A stretch of 25,312 nucleotides of DNA. Source: a virus (Duplodnaviria > Caudoviricetes). This document shows positions 25,237-25,312 of this stretch, one piece after another. Under the pieces are notes generated by a model that saw nothing but the letters and a program-made list of their open reading frames with translations, was not told where the DNA came from and searched no databases. How positions within the stretch are numbered: the stretch's first letter is position 1; the number at the start of each line of letters is the position of its first letter. The position numbers were made by a program, and so were the translations under genes. Where the stretch lies: positions 1-25,312 of IMG/VR virus record IMGVR_UViG_3300042360_000323; one strand, given 5' to 3'.

Positions 25237-25312
25237 TTACATGCCATAGGCGGCACCTTTTTGAGCGATGCCGGGAGCGCGGCTACCTGTTGGCCGCGGT
25301 CATGCCGTGCGT
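25233..25312 (+). CDS. Hypothetical protein, 3'-truncated
   Basis: ATGA overlap; MITCHRRHLFERCRERGYLLAAVMPC... open to window end. Confidence 0.65.
   Translation, partial: MITCHRRHLFERCRERGYLLAAVMPC

Larger units (their letters stand above)
1..25312 (+). mobile_element. Tailed phage/prophage segment (Caudoviricetes, HK97-like head, sipho-like tail)
   Basis: Contiguous + strand genes with frequent ATGA/TAATG overlaps; terS-terL-portal-protease-capsid-connector-tail-TMP synteny; no sheath gene; no host genes or att/integrase in window so free phage versus prophage is undecidable. Confidence 0.97.

Overview
The whole window is one co-oriented (+ strand), GC-rich segment of a tailed dsDNA phage or prophage with HK97-type head and a non-contractile (sipho-like) tail. 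Order: 5'-truncated replication initiator with an internal iteron/AT-rich origin-like site; small hypothetical genes; RusA-like resolvase; HTH regulator; a cassette of collagen-like fibre genes (2.4-7.5 kb); HNH nuclease, probable cos region, terS, terL, portal, prohead protease; an intervening block of four membrane/exported proteins (including a CAP/SCP protein and an HExxH protein) plus an HNH endonuclease; major capsid protein; head-tail connectors; two paralogous tail-tube-like genes; tail assembly chaperone with a -1 frameshift site; short tape measure; then Ser/Cys-rich tail-tip proteins. No integrase, tRNA, CRISPR, reverse transcriptase, tail sheath or recognisable endolysin is visible. 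Most interesting by-eye signals: (1) the fibre genes appear to carry complementary halves of one small Trp-containing domain at their ends (four 'sockets', four 'plugs'), suggesting a multi-gene fibre chained by split-domain complementation; (2) a TTCAAGGG-N15-TANNNT promoter-like motif recurs five times ahead of late modules, three times hidden in coding sequence; (3) an exported-protein cassette splits the protease from the capsid gene. Product calls are motif and synteny recognition without database searches. A Planctomycetota host is only my impression.
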